Shown: piece by piece, positions 18,560 through 28,929 of the stretch | Layout of the letters: the number at the start of each line of letters is the position of its first letter | How positions within the stretch are numbered: the stretch's first letter is position 1 | NCBI GenBank assembly: GCA_045600085.1 | Contig: JAZRXF010000094.1 | Span: forward strand, 6,111 to 70,110 | Direction: 5' to 3' | DNA length: 64,000 nt | Origin: Lachnospiraceae bacterium | GTDB lineage: Bacteria > Bacillota > Clostridia > Lachnospirales > Lachnospiraceae | Program-made: the position numbers and the translations under genes | Notes under the pieces: model-generated | The model's database searches: none | Told to the model about the DNA's origin: nothing | What the model saw: the letters and a program-made list of their open reading frames with translations, nothing else

Positions 18560-19415
18560 TAATAACTCCTGTGGCCTTTACAAATATATCAGGATATTTA
18601 CTCCTTAGCTCGGCCTCTGCCAAAGCTGCAGCCTGCATATTGTCAAAAAGCCCAAAAACTGTTGGGCCAGAACCACTCATATTACTTCCAAGGGCTCCTG
18701 CTGCCATAATATCATTTTTCAACTCATCTATTATGTCATACTCAGATGCAGTCACTTTTTCAAGGTAATTGCCCATTGTAGAAGCCACCTTGGCCACATC
18801 ACCTTTTTTTAGGGCTTCTATTACACTATCCACATCTGGATGTCCTTCTCCCTCGGCCGGTCCAACTTCTAGCCCCAGTCCCTTATACACATGTGGAGTT
18901 GACACAAAAAGATTAGGCTTTGTTATAAGAGCGAACATATCGGCATTGTTATCGATATCAGTCATAATTTCGCCAATACCTTCACATAATGCACAGCCTC
19001 CCCTAATGCAAAATGGAATATCCGCACCGAGCTTAACACCAACCTGGCATAACTCGTCCATACTAAGCCCAAGCTCATAAAGCTCATTGATTCCAACAAG
19101 CACTGCTGCACCATCGGTGCTGCCACCTGCCATACCTGCCGCAACAGGTATTCTTTTATCAAGGTTAATATGAACTCCTGCAATACCATACTTTTCCATC
19201 ATAAGTCTTGCTGCCTTGCAGGCAAGATTAGTATCATCAACAGGTACATCGCCACTATTCGTTTCAAAACTAATACCATCAGCCTTCTCTAGCGATACTA
19301 TGTCATAAAGGTCAACCTGCTGCATAACTGTTTTTATAAGATGATATCCATCCTCGCGCTTACCAGTTACATCAAGTCCAATATTAATTTTTGCATATGC
19401 CTTAAGTGTTATCAT
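18552..19415 (-). CDS. ispE: 4-(cytidine 5'-diphospho)-2-C-methyl-D-erythritol kinase
   Basis: AKINIGLDVTGKREDGYH plus the GHMP motif PVAAGMAGGSTDGAA. Confidence 0.9.
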   Translation of the reverse strand: MITLKAYAKINIGLDVTGKREDGYHLIKTVMQQVDLYDIVSLEKADGISFETNSGDVPVDDTNLACKAARLMMEKYGIAGVHINLDKRIPVAAGMAGGSTDGAAVLVGINELYELGLSMDELCQVGVKLGADIPFCIRGGCALCEGIGEIMTDIDNNADMFALITKPNLFVSTPHVYKGLGLEVGPAEGEGHPDVDSVIEALKKGDVAKVASTMGNYLEKVTASEYDIIDELKNDIMAAGALGSNMSGSGPTVFGLFDNMQAAALAEAELRSKYPDIFVKATGVING

Positions 19416-19445
19416 TAGCTACTCCCAAGCCTTGCCCTTTTGTAA

Positions 19446-20342
19446 TTACAATCTTACGATTTCATTGATATCTGTCATACCCTGACTGAGCATATATTCC
19501 TCAATACCTCGAATAACCATCTCGGTAGTTCTAGGCTCAGCAAAATTCATTGTACCTACAGATACTGCACTTGCACCTGCCATCATAAATTCAATGGCAT
19601 CCTCTCCTGAAGCTATTCCGCCCATACCAATAACTGGAATACTAATAGCATGAGATGCTTCATATACCATACGAATAGCCACCGGCTTAACAGCTGGACC
19701 TGAAAAACCACCAGTCTTATTGGCAAGAACGAACTGTTTTCTATATATATCTATTTTCATTCCAATAAGTGTATTAATAAGAGATACTGCGTCAGCACCA
19801 CCTGCCTCAGCCGCCATAGCCATATCCTTAATACTTGTAACGTTAGGACTAAGCTTCATGATGACTGGCTGCTTAGCATGAGCCTTTATCTCTTTTGTAA
19901 CGCTTTCCAAAACCTTTGGATCCTGGCCAAACTGAATTGCTCCTGCTTTTACATTTGGGCATGAAACATTTATTTCAAGCATATCGACTGGTTGATCGGC
20001 AAGCTTATCAACTGTCTCAAGATATTCCTCCACCGAATGACCACATACATTCACAATAATTTTAGTATCATACTGCTTAAGGAAAGGTATATCTCTTTCA
20101 ATAAACACATCAATACCTGGATTCTGAAGACCTATTGCATTGAGCATACCACCAGTTACCTCTGCCACTCTTGGTGTTGGATTACCTGGCCAAGCCACGT
20201 TACTAACACCCTTGGTTACAACTGCACCCAGCTTATTAAGATCAACAAATTCTCCATATTCCATACCAGAACCAAATGTTCCAGATGCTGTCATTACGGG
20301 ATTCTTTAATTCAACTCCAGCTATATTTACCTTAGTATTCAT
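19446..20342 (-). CDS. pyrD: dihydroorotate dehydrogenase B, catalytic subunit
   Basis: NPVMTASGTFG, EINVSCPNVK and GGIASGEDAIEFMMAGA. The gene abuts pyrK. Confidence 0.92.
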   Translation of the reverse strand: MNTKVNIAGVELKNPVMTASGTFGSGMEYGEFVDLNKLGAVVTKGVSNVAWPGNPTPRVAEVTGGMLNAIGLQNPGIDVFIERDIPFLKQYDTKIIVNVCGHSVEEYLETVDKLADQPVDMLEINVSCPNVKAGAIQFGQDPKVLESVTKEIKAHAKQPVIMKLSPNVTSIKDMAMAAEAGGADAVSLINTLIGMKIDIYRKQFVLANKTGGFSGPAVKPVAIRMVYEASHAISIPVIGMGGIASGEDAIEFMMAGASAVSVGTMNFAEPRTTEMVIRGIEEYMLSQGMTDINEIVRL

Positions 20343-21112
20343 TAAATCTCTACCTCCTTCGCATTAAACACTGGTCCTTCCACACATATTCTTGTATTGT
20401 TCACGTTGGTGTGGTGATCCTTATTAACTGTTTTACATACACATCCAAGACATGCTCCAACTCCACATGCCATACGCTCTTCTAAAGATATAAAAGCTTC
20501 CATATTATGCTCCTTGGCATACTGCTTAATACCTCTAAGCATTGGCATAGGTCCGCAGGCAATAATAATATCACCCTCTATACCATTTTCATTAATAGCA
20601 TCAATAACATTACCTTTAGTACCTACGCTGCCATCAACTGTGGCAATATACATATCCGCCTCGTTTTCAAATTCATCTTCAAGGAACAAATCACCGTTAG
20701 AATAACCAAGAACCACCTTGATATCAGCATCGATAGACTTAGCGGCAAGTAACATTGGAGGAATACCAATACCACCACCTACAACGATAACCTTCTTACC
20801 TTTCATAGATTCTGTGTCATAACCATTACCAAGAACACCAATGATATCTAAGGCTGTTCCTTTTTCATAAGTGGAAAGCTGTTTTGTACCCTGACCAGCT
20901 GCTCTATAAACCATTCTAAGAAGACCCTTTTCTCTATCGACATCACATATGCTGATTGGTCTTGCAAGAAGCTTTGTTCCATCATTAAGATATACACCAA
21001 CAAACTGACCAGCCTTAGCTTCCTTTGCCATAGATGTTTCAATCCAAAGCGAGTACACCCCGTCTGCAAGTTTTTCGTGGCTATATACTACTGCCTTCTC
21101 TTTTCTCTTCAT
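20342..21112 (-). CDS. pyrK: dihydroorotate dehydrogenase B, electron-transfer (FAD/2Fe-2S) subunit
   Basis: RPISICD, GGGIGIPP and the C-terminal cluster MACGVGACLGCVC. It overlaps pyrD by 1 nt. Confidence 0.9.
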   Translation of the reverse strand: MKRKEKAVVYSHEKLADGVYSLWIETSMAKEAKAGQFVGVYLNDGTKLLARPISICDVDREKGLLRMVYRAAGQGTKQLSTYEKGTALDIIGVLGNGYDTESMKGKKVIVVGGGIGIPPMLLAAKSIDADIKVVLGYSNGDLFLEDEFENEADMYIATVDGSVGTKGNVIDAINENGIEGDIIIACGPMPMLRGIKQYAKEHNMEAFISLEERMACGVGACLGCVCKTVNKDHHTNVNNTRICVEGPVFNAKEVEI

Positions 21113-21157
21113 ATTTATTCCTCCAGCTATTTATTCGCACTATTTTTACTTATTTCT

Positions 21158-22426
21158 CTATGATTCATATACAACTTTTCCATTGCATATAGTATACATT
21201 ACTTTACCCTTAAGAGGCATCTCTGTAAATGGAGTATTGGATGATTTTGACTCGTATGTCGTATATACAACATCGGCATTTTCATCAACTACAATCATAT
21301 CAGCTTTACCATTAACCTTGATGGTTCCAGCATCAAGCTTATAGAGCTTTGCTGGATTGGTAGACATCTTCTCCACTAGCTGACTCATGCTAAGAAAACC
21401 TGGCAAAACAAGATTGGTTACACCAAGGGAAAGTGCTGTTTCCAATCCAATTATTCCACTTGGAGCCTTTGTTATGTCCTGAGCCTTCTCTTCACTACTG
21501 TGAGGTGCATGATCTGTTGCTATAAGATCAATTGTTCCATCCTTAAGTCCCTCTATAATAGCAAGTCTGTCCTCTTCTGTTCTAAGAGGAGGATTCATCT
21601 TTGCATTGGTTCCATACTTTATTACTGCTTTCTCATTTAATGAGAAGTGATGAGGCGTTGCTTCTGCATGTATGTTTTTATGGGAAGTTCTGGCAGACCT
21701 TACTAGTTCTACGCCCTCTTTAGAAGAAATATGCTGAACATTGATATCTGCGCCTGTTTCTTTAGCTATTTCAATATCTCTCGCTATCAAATCAATCTCT
21801 GCTTCTCTTGGAGAACCACCTATTCCATAATGCTCTGATGCCTCACCCTTATTAACACCATTATTAGTAATAAATGCAGGATTCTCTTCATGAAAGCTTA
21901 TTGGAACACCAAGTTCACTAACTTTGAGCATAGCTTTTCTAACAAGCTCGGCATCCATAATAGGTTTTCCATCATCAGTAAAGCCCACTGCTCCAGCTTC
22001 ATAAAGGCTATCCATGTCAGTCATTGTCTGACCTTCCATTCCCATAGTAACTGTAGCACATGTATATACATTAATAGCAGTATCTCTGCCCTTGTTCTGT
22101 ATATAAGAAAGTGTATCAACATTATCCACTGTAGGCTTTGTATTGGCCATAAGCACCACTGATGTAAAGCCACCTCTTGCTGCTGCTTTTGCTCCAGTAT
22201 ATATATCCTCTTTGTACTCAAATCCTGGATCCCTAAAATGAACGTGTACATCAACAAGGCCTGGAACAACATATTTCCCACCAGCATCTATTACCTTTGC
22301 GTCTTTTGCTTCTATATTGTCAGCAATGTTTACTATTATACCGTCCTCGCATAGTATGTCTGATATGTACGCAGCTTTTGATATTCCATCTATTATTTTT
22401 CCATTTTTAATAAGCAGTCTTTCCAT
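21158..22426 (-). CDS. pyrC: dihydroorotase
   Basis: PGLVDVHVHFRDPG and ATDHAPH. It lies upstream of pyrK-pyrD. Confidence 0.92.
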   Translation of the reverse strand: MERLLIKNGKIIDGISKAAYISDILCEDGIIVNIADNIEAKDAKVIDAGGKYVVPGLVDVHVHFRDPGFEYKEDIYTGAKAAARGGFTSVVLMANTKPTVDNVDTLSYIQNKGRDTAINVYTCATVTMGMEGQTMTDMDSLYEAGAVGFTDDGKPIMDAELVRKAMLKVSELGVPISFHEENPAFITNNGVNKGEASEHYGIGGSPREAEIDLIARDIEIAKETGADINVQHISSKEGVELVRSARTSHKNIHAEATPHHFSLNEKAVIKYGTNAKMNPPLRTEEDRLAIIEGLKDGTIDLIATDHAPHSSEEKAQDITKAPSGIIGLETALSLGVTNLVLPGFLSMSQLVEKMSTNPAKLYKLDAGTIKVNGKADMIVVDENADVVYTTYESKSSNTPFTEMPLKGKVMYTICNGKVVYES

Positions 22427-22453
22427 ATTTTCTTTCCAATTCTTTTTTAAGTT

Positions 22454-23743
22454 TTACATTTCATCTGGTGCAGCGGCCTGCTCAGACATATCCATCATTT
22501 CCTTTAATCTATTGTATTCCTCTGTTAACACCATAAATGTCTTGGAATCGCCGCCCTCTGCATCAGGGTGATAAGCCTTACAAAGTGACTTATACCTTTT
22601 ATCAAGTTTGGTTCTTGTTGTACATCCACTAAAGAATACTGAATTCTTGGCTGGATTGTCGAGGATTTCATTTTGCTTTTCAAGCATTCTTCTAATCTTA
22701 TCCTTCTGTTTATCGAGCTGCCGAATATATGGTTTCATTCTCATCAATTCGTCCGAAGATACCTTTCCATTTCTGGCTGATATCTCATCAGATATTTCTG
22801 ACAGATTTCTAAGATACTCATTACATGCATTTTCTAGCAGAGGATTATCATCAATGTCTATTGAATACCTTACCTCATCCAAAAATGCATTAATATCTGC
22901 AAGATGTTCATCTACGGTAAGGAAGTACTCGTAGCCCTCATCATCCTCAGACTCGATGCCTTCCATATAGTCATCATAACCTTCAAATGCCTTGGAATAA
23001 CGATCGTAATCCGCTTCACCCAAAGTAAGCTCGTTGGACCATTCCTTCCATTCAAGACCAAGACTAACCAGTATTACGAAAACATCTGCAACAAGGACCA
23101 CATATAATACAACACTTTCTATCTTTGAAACAGTGTCAAAGGCTGCAAAATACTGACCAAAACTAAGTCCAAATGTACTCTCAATACTGCCTGCAGTATA
23201 TACATACAAATAGATGGCAAAGCCTACTGAAATTAGAATAAATGCTACCAGCGAAAGCTGAATAAAAAGCTTAATCACGTAGTTCATTAGTTTTAATATC
23301 ATATAAAACAAACACAGAACCATGAATACGACTGGCGGTCCAGTAAGGCTAAGGTATTCATAATCTTTACTACAGCCCTTTTCGAGGCTTTGATATACAT
23401 TGAATGATACCATATACAAGGTATCAAAAAATCCTACCGCAAGGTGATATAAATTGGTAAGTATAAATGATACAACCTGAAAAGCAACCTTTAGTATGAC
23501 CAGCACCAGTCCAAGCCCAACTGTTATACCCAGGCCACTACCTAACAATTCAAGTATCCTGCCTGGTTCTTTCATCACTGAAATGATAAGTATTACTATC
23601 CCAGTAATCAATCCCATAGTAAATATGATCTTTATACGGGAAAGCGCCTTGGCCACCAGCTTGCAAAGTGTTGCTAGCACTAAAAAAGGCAACGCCAGAA
23701 TGGAATATATATTTATTTTTATAACTCTTAAAAAATTACCCAT
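22454..23743 (-). CDS. polytopic membrane protein with a C-terminal J-domain
   Basis: 429 aa. The N-terminal ~230 aa contains about 6 hydrophobic helices, followed by an acidic linker. The C-terminus KRYKSLCKAYHPDAEGGDSKTFMVLTEEYNRLKE carries the HPD tripeptide. Confidence 0.7.
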   Translation of the reverse strand: MGNFLRVIKINIYSILALPFLVLATLCKLVAKALSRIKIIFTMGLITGIVILIISVMKEPGRILELLGSGLGITVGLGLVLVILKVAFQVVSFILTNLYHLAVGFFDTLYMVSFNVYQSLEKGCSKDYEYLSLTGPPVVFMVLCLFYMILKLMNYVIKLFIQLSLVAFILISVGFAIYLYVYTAGSIESTFGLSFGQYFAAFDTVSKIESVVLYVVLVADVFVILVSLGLEWKEWSNELTLGEADYDRYSKAFEGYDDYMEGIESEDDEGYEYFLTVDEHLADINAFLDEVRYSIDIDDNPLLENACNEYLRNLSEISDEISARNGKVSSDELMRMKPYIRQLDKQKDKIRRMLEKQNEILDNPAKNSVFFSGCTTRTKLDKRYKSLCKAYHPDAEGGDSKTFMVLTEEYNRLKEMMDMSEQAAAPDEM

Positions 23744-23752
23744 TAGCCCATC

Positions 23753-24697
23753 CTATTCATATACTTCAAGCTCGTAAGTAATACCCGTAATATAACCATT
23801 CATAGAATCAAGCTCAAGACTAAGCTTATCTCCTGAATTCTCATCCCTGTATACTGCTCGTAAATCGCCTATCGGAAGTCCATATATAGCGACTCCTTCA
23901 AATCCATGGGGCTCGCCATAAATACCAGTATTCCTGTTGCATACAGTGTCAGTTTTCATACCAAGAGTTACACCACCTGATATAAGTGCACAGCTCTTTT
24001 CAAGGGTCACACCTATTACTTTACATGCTCTCCAGCTTTTAACCTCAGAGCTATTGTTGAGATAAGTAACTGTAATACCTTTGTTTTCATCGCGTATCTC
24101 GCACTTAGCATAAGGCTTAACCATAGTATCATTATCAACAAAAATATGTGACGTAATATCCTGGATATTGATAAGCTCACTATCCATCCATATTTGTCTC
24201 TGGAACTTTCCTGCGGTTATTATGGACATATCAGGCTTTAAGTTGTTTTGAAAAGCCTGAAACTCCTCTTCATTATCAATATAGATACTTAAATTTTTAG
24301 CACTGCCTCTCTCAAGCTCTACAGTATCGCTTCCTGATGTTAAATGCATACCTGTATACTTGCTCATAGAACCCTCAACACCAGTAACCCTATAGGTTCC
24401 AGGAGTGAACTTCGCTGTGTACACGTAGCCATTGGAAGGACTAAGAGTTATAAGATATTTACGCTCAGTAATAATATTCTGCAGTTCAACCTCAATAATT
24501 ACCTGATTACGAATATCTTCGTTAATAGACTGAAATGTACCTTCAAAGGCACTTGGAAGCACATTAAAGAAAGCGACATTAAGTTCACAGTCGCCCATAA
24601 CTGTACTCCCATAGAGCACTGGACTACAACCTGTCATGCTTAATGACGCTATCAATATAAGTAATATTAATAATTTCGATAACTTATATTTCTTCAT
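23753..24697 (-). CDS. lipoprotein, function unknown
   Basis: MKKYKLSKLLILLILIASLSMTGC is a lipobox, followed by a beta-rich body. The ATG at 24697 overlaps the murF end by 14 nt. Confidence 0.65.
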   Translation of the reverse strand: MKKYKLSKLLILLILIASLSMTGCSPVLYGSTVMGDCELNVAFFNVLPSAFEGTFQSINEDIRNQVIIEVELQNIITERKYLITLSPSNGYVYTAKFTPGTYRVTGVEGSMSKYTGMHLTSGSDTVELERGSAKNLSIYIDNEEEFQAFQNNLKPDMSIITAGKFQRQIWMDSELINIQDITSHIFVDNDTMVKPYAKCEIRDENKGITVTYLNNSSEVKSWRACKVIGVTLEKSCALISGGVTLGMKTDTVCNRNTGIYGEPHGFEGVAIYGLPIGDLRAVYRDENSGDKLSLELDSMNGYITGITYELEVYE

Positions 24698-26072
24698 TTT
24701 TTTCCTTAAGGAAATCAACTATTTTACTAAATTTCATACCATTGGATGCCTTACAAAGTACGGTATCACCCTTCGTAATGATATTCAAAAGCTCAGTAAG
24801 AGCTTCTTCTATTGTTGCAAAGTGATAAACAAGGGCAGCTTTAGCCTTCATGGCGCCTTCATATGTATTCTTTGAAAGCTCACCAATGCATATTATTTTA
24901 TCCAGCATGCAAAGAGCTGCATATCCACCAAGATCAAAATGATACTCTGCTTCATCCTTGCCAAGCTCATACATATCACCTAGAATAGCAACCTTGCCAC
25001 CAGCAACACTTCGAAGCATATCGAGTGAAGCTTTTGTGGATGTTGGATTAGCATTATAACAATCATCGATGAGGGTAATATTAGTAAGCTTTATTACATT
25101 ATTACGCCCACCAACCGACGTAAGACGTGAAAAACCAGCAGTTATCTCTTCCTCGGTCATACCAAAATATCTTGCCACTGCAGTTGCAGCAAGAGCATTG
25201 CTAATCATATGCTTACCAGGAAGTGGAATACTAGCGACAAATCTCATATTGTCTGGGCCAGATATTTCAAACTCAGAGCCGTCAAGACCATGCGAAACTA
25301 CGCTCGTAGCAACATAGTCCGAATTCTCATTGTCAATTCCGTAAAAGACCGGCTTTTTACCACCTACGCTTTTAACCGTAGCCAGTTTATCATCATCATT
25401 ACAAAGAACAACTATTCCATTATCTTTTAGACCTTCGAAAATCTCTGTCTTTGCACGAAGAACACCATCTCTGTCGTCAAGATACTCTAAGTGACATTCT
25501 CCAATATTTGTTATTATCGCCACATCAAGCTTGGCCACACTAGTTAATATACTCATCTCGCCAAACTGATTGATGCCCATCTCGACTATTGCTATTTCAA
25601 TATCATCTTTGATGCGAAGAACTGTTAGAGGTACTCCGATAGTATTATTGAGGTTGCCCTCTGTCTTATAAGTCCTATATTTTTCAGAAAGAACACCTGC
25701 TACTACTTCCTTCGTACTGGTCTTTCCAACACTACCTGTTATACCAACAACCTTAGCGCCAACCTGATCTCTATAAAATCTGGCTACAGCCTGAAGAGCC
25801 TTAACTGAATTATCAACTAATATACAAGGACCACATGGATTCTCCGGAAGCTTCTCACATATCGCCACCAAAGCACCATTATTTAGTACTTCATTGATAT
25901 ATAAATGACCATCCGTTCTTTCGCCATTAATTGCAACAAATATATTGCCTTTTTCTATTTTTCTCGAATCAATGGCTGCTCCAGTTGCTTCCATAGTCAT
26001 ATCTGCCTTATCAGCAAAATGTAACTCACCACCACATGACTTTGCTATATTCTCTAGAGTTAAATTCTTCAT
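24684..26072 (-). CDS. murF: UDP-N-acetylmuramoyl-tripeptide--D-alanyl-D-alanine ligase
   Basis: MKNLTLENIAKSCGG start and P-loop GITGSVGKTSTKE. There is an ATGA overlap with the ddl stop at 26069-26072. Confidence 0.9.
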   Translation of the reverse strand: MKNLTLENIAKSCGGELHFADKADMTMEATGAAIDSRKIEKGNIFVAINGERTDGHLYINEVLNNGALVAICEKLPENPCGPCILVDNSVKALQAVARFYRDQVGAKVVGITGSVGKTSTKEVVAGVLSEKYRTYKTEGNLNNTIGVPLTVLRIKDDIEIAIVEMGINQFGEMSILTSVAKLDVAIITNIGECHLEYLDDRDGVLRAKTEIFEGLKDNGIVVLCNDDDKLATVKSVGGKKPVFYGIDNENSDYVATSVVSHGLDGSEFEISGPDNMRFVASIPLPGKHMISNALAATAVARYFGMTEEEITAGFSRLTSVGGRNNVIKLTNITLIDDCYNANPTSTKASLDMLRSVAGGKVAILGDMYELGKDEAEYHFDLGGYAALCMLDKIICIGELSKNTYEGAMKAKAALVYHFATIEEALTELLNIITKGDTVLCKASNGMKFSKIVDFLKEKNEEI

Positions 26073-27091
26073 GAAATAGATACCTCTATTAATTTTTCGC
26101 ACAGAGCCTCATAATCCATACCAACAGCTGCGGCCTCCTGTGGTAGAAGGGATGTTGGTGTCATGCCTGGAAGTGTATTAACTTCAAGACAATATACATT
26201 TTCATTCTCGTCCATCATAAAATCAATACGAGCGTATGAACGAAGGTGTAATTTATCAAATACCTTCTCTGTTATGGCCTGTATTTCTTCTGTCTTCTCT
26301 TTAGAAATAGGAGCAGGACATATCTCTACAGTGGCGCCTGCTTTATATTTATTGGACAAATCATAGAAACCTTCCTTAGGCGCTATTTCAACGATAGGAA
26401 GTGCCTTACCATCTATTATTCCACAGGTAAACTCACGTCCCTTAATAAACTGCTCTACTACTACACGTCCATCATATTTTGCAGCCTTTGAAAAAGCTTC
26501 TTTCATCTCGTCCATATTGTCTACAATATACACGCCAACCGATGAACCGCCTGTATTAACCTTAACAATAGCTGGAAAACCTATATCAATTGGTTCCTCA
26601 TTAACTGAAATATCATAACCCTTAGCATTAGGAATACCATTAGTATCAAACAGCTTTTTAGTAAGCGCTTTATCCATACAGATAGCACTTGTTATATAAT
26701 CAGTTCCTGTAAATGGAACGCCGAGTAATTCGAGAGTGGCCTGAATACGTCCATCCTCACCATTGGCACCATGAAGAGCCATAAATGCCACGTCAGCCGC
26801 TTTACATATTTCAAGAACATTAGGACCAAAGAAGCACTTACCACCATCTTCTCTAAGAGCCTTGACTGCAGCGATATCTGGTTCTTTTGTAGCATCTGCC
26901 TGAATATCTGCAGCCCAGTCATGATCCATATCAAAGATATTATCAGCGCTCTCAATATCTACGCCCAAAAAAACATCAACAAGTACTACCTTGTGTCCCC
27001 TGTTTTTAAGTGCTTTATATATTCCTTTACCTGATACAAGCGAGATATTTCTTTCTGTACTTGTACCGCCTGCTAAAACTACTATTTTCAT
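26069..27091 (-). CDS. ddl: D-alanine--D-alanine ligase
   Basis: MKIVVLAGGTSTERNISLVSG, ALHGANGEDGRIQ and EVNTLPGMT. Confidence 0.92.
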   Translation of the reverse strand: MKIVVLAGGTSTERNISLVSGKGIYKALKNRGHKVVLVDVFLGVDIESADNIFDMDHDWAADIQADATKEPDIAAVKALREDGGKCFFGPNVLEICKAADVAFMALHGANGEDGRIQATLELLGVPFTGTDYITSAICMDKALTKKLFDTNGIPNAKGYDISVNEEPIDIGFPAIVKVNTGGSSVGVYIVDNMDEMKEAFSKAAKYDGRVVVEQFIKGREFTCGIIDGKALPIVEIAPKEGFYDLSNKYKAGATVEICPAPISKEKTEEIQAITEKVFDKLHLRSYARIDFMMDENENVYCLEVNTLPGMTPTSLLPQEAAAVGMDYEALCEKLIEVSIS

Positions 27092-27131
27092 AATAAACTC
27101 CGTTTTTCACAAATGTAATATAACCCTTTGA

Positions 27132-27863
27132 TTAATATGTAATCTTAGGATCAAAGCATGGCATATACTGAAGCTTGAAAAGATTGGCTTCATGCTTTCT
27201 ATCAATAAGAGCCTTTGTCTCAGGATCTGGCTCTTCAATTCCTCTAATATATTTATCAAGAGTTGCATACTTGAAACCAAGATTATCTTCATCTGTTTTA
27301 GACTGAAGACCATCTGTTGGTGTCTTCTCAACCAGGCTGTCTGGAAGCCCAATAAGCTTACCGATTTGCTTGAGCTCTGTAACAGTAATAAAGCTAAGCG
27401 GACTAAAGTCACCTGCTGCATCTCCATATCTTGTAGAATAACCAACCCAGTCCTCAGAAAGATTACAAGTATTAACAACTCTACCATTGTGACTTTGACC
27501 TACAGCATAAAGCGTGGTCATACGCACTCTTGGAGGAATATTGGTTTTAGTCTGTACTGACACATCAAATGGAAGAGCTTTAGTTAGCCCGTCTACTGCA
27601 TCTTTAATATTGATAACCATATGCTTGATACCAAGATGATTAACAAGCTCATAAGAAGATGCTATATCAGCCTGTTCACCACAAGGCATAAGCACACCTA
27701 TTACTCTATCTACTCCCAAAGCTTCTACGCAAAGAGCTGCTGCGATACTACTGTCCTTGCCACCAGAAATACCAATTATAGCATTGCATCCTGGACCATT
27801 CTTTTCAAAAAAGTCACGTATCCACTGCACACATTCATCTTTCACTTTAGCTGCATCAAACAT
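27132..27863 (-). CDS. nadE: NH3-dependent NAD+ synthetase
   Basis: PP-loop GISGGKDSS, 243 aa. Confidence 0.9.
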   Translation of the reverse strand: MFDAAKVKDECVQWIRDFFEKNGPGCNAIIGISGGKDSSIAAALCVEALGVDRVIGVLMPCGEQADIASSYELVNHLGIKHMVINIKDAVDGLTKALPFDVSVQTKTNIPPRVRMTTLYAVGQSHNGRVVNTCNLSEDWVGYSTRYGDAAGDFSPLSFITVTELKQIGKLIGLPDSLVEKTPTDGLQSKTDEDNLGFKYATLDKYIRGIEEPDPETKALIDRKHEANLFKLQYMPCFDPKITY

Positions 27864-27987
27864 AACGGCACCTCTCTTTTTTCATATTTCCTTATAATAA
27901 CAACTTATATTAAACACAAATGATTGCACCTACCAGTTTAGAATCATCTAAATCAGTACGTGCAATCAATATTATAACATATTTAAA

Positions 27988-28929
27988 CTACCATGGCTCA
28001 CCATCATAATATTCGTAGTTTGTGACTGTAATAATAGGACGCTCTCCAATTGTTATTGTCGGATCATATGGAGCTATAGTTATCGGATCACCATTAGGAT
28101 CCGGTACTATTTCCACAGGTTGATTAGGCTGTGGCTGAGGCTGAGGCGAATTCTCGTCAACCTTATCGATCATTACAACCTCATTATAAGCTCTCTTATT
28201 ATCTTTACCTTCATATGAAACAGATCCATCCTGCTCCACAGTAAATACCACGTCTGGTGCCTCAACATATCCTTCAGGTGCCTTAGTTTCTTTCATTGTA
28301 TAGGTATGGCCTATTCTAAAGCCCTTTTCAAGATAAGGTGTATCTGATGTCTCATATTCATACATAACCTTACCATTTTCATCAAGAATCTGAATGGTAG
28401 CTCCACTAAGCTTTCTGCCCTCTTCATCTTCTTTAACGAACTTCACTACTACACCAAGCTCATCAATAAACTCCTCAATATCATTGTAGAGCTGCTGAGC
28501 TTTTTCGCTGTGCCCTTTTCCTTTATCATTGGCACAACCATTCTCTGTAAGGACCTCCTCGGCCTCTCGAAGAACGGCGATATTATCCATAAGATTATGA
28601 ACTGTAATTTTCTTTTTATCTATTGGGGCTGTGATAGCAAGCGCCATATTAATTCTGACCATACACTCAGTTTCTTCTGGCATTGAATAGCCAAGTGCTT
28701 TTTCGTACTCATCTATTGCCAAATCATAATAGCCCTGCTGATAATAATTATTACCCTGATTATAATGAGAAATATATGGCTCTGTAAAACCAAGTAGCGC
28801 CAAATTATTTTTCTCATAGATTCCATTATTGTATGACTTTATCATAGCTTCGTTGCTTGCATAGTTCACAACAAATACCATCAAAACCAGGAATAACAGA
28901 ACCCAGGCAGCATTAAATACTCTCTTCAT
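27988..28929 (-). CDS. membrane-anchored TPR (BatC-like) protein fused to a SpaA/Cna-B-type prealbumin-fold domain and a Pro-rich tail
   Basis: N-terminal TM helix AAWVLLFLVLMVFVV. TPR YNQGNNYYQQGYYDLAIDEYEKAL. SpaA-like VVKFVKEDEEGRKLSGATIQILDENG...YTMKETKAPEGYVEAPDVVFTV. Then PQPQPQPNQPVEIVPDPNGDP, with no LPXTG motif. Confidence 0.7.
   Translation of the reverse strand: MKRVFNAAWVLLFLVLMVFVVNYASNEAMIKSYNNGIYEKNNLALLGFTEPYISHYNQGNNYYQQGYYDLAIDEYEKALGYSMPEETECMVRINMALAITAPIDKKKITVHNLMDNIAVLREAEEVLTENGCANDKGKGHSEKAQQLYNDIEEFIDELGVVVKFVKEDEEGRKLSGATIQILDENGKVMYEYETSDTPYLEKGFRIGHTYTMKETKAPEGYVEAPDVVFTVEQDGSVSYEGKDNKRAYNEVVMIDKVDENSPQPQPQPNQPVEIVPDPNGDPITIAPYDPTITIGERPIITVTNYEYYDGEPW

Noticed and set aside
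22427-22453. PyrR-type attenuator upstream of pyrC.
   Set aside because: The gap to the preceding gene is only 27 nt. That leaves no room for a binding loop or terminator, so pyrC appears to be read through from upstream.
27864-27987. Long imperfect hairpin (GATTGCAC...GTGCAATC with an internal TTTAGA/TCTAAA pairing) between the Bat-like operon and nadE, as a possible riboswitch or sRNA.
   Set aside because: It sits directly downstream of the last bat gene. It is most simply that operon's terminator-like stem, although it has a weak U-tract. I recognise no conserved riboswitch core.
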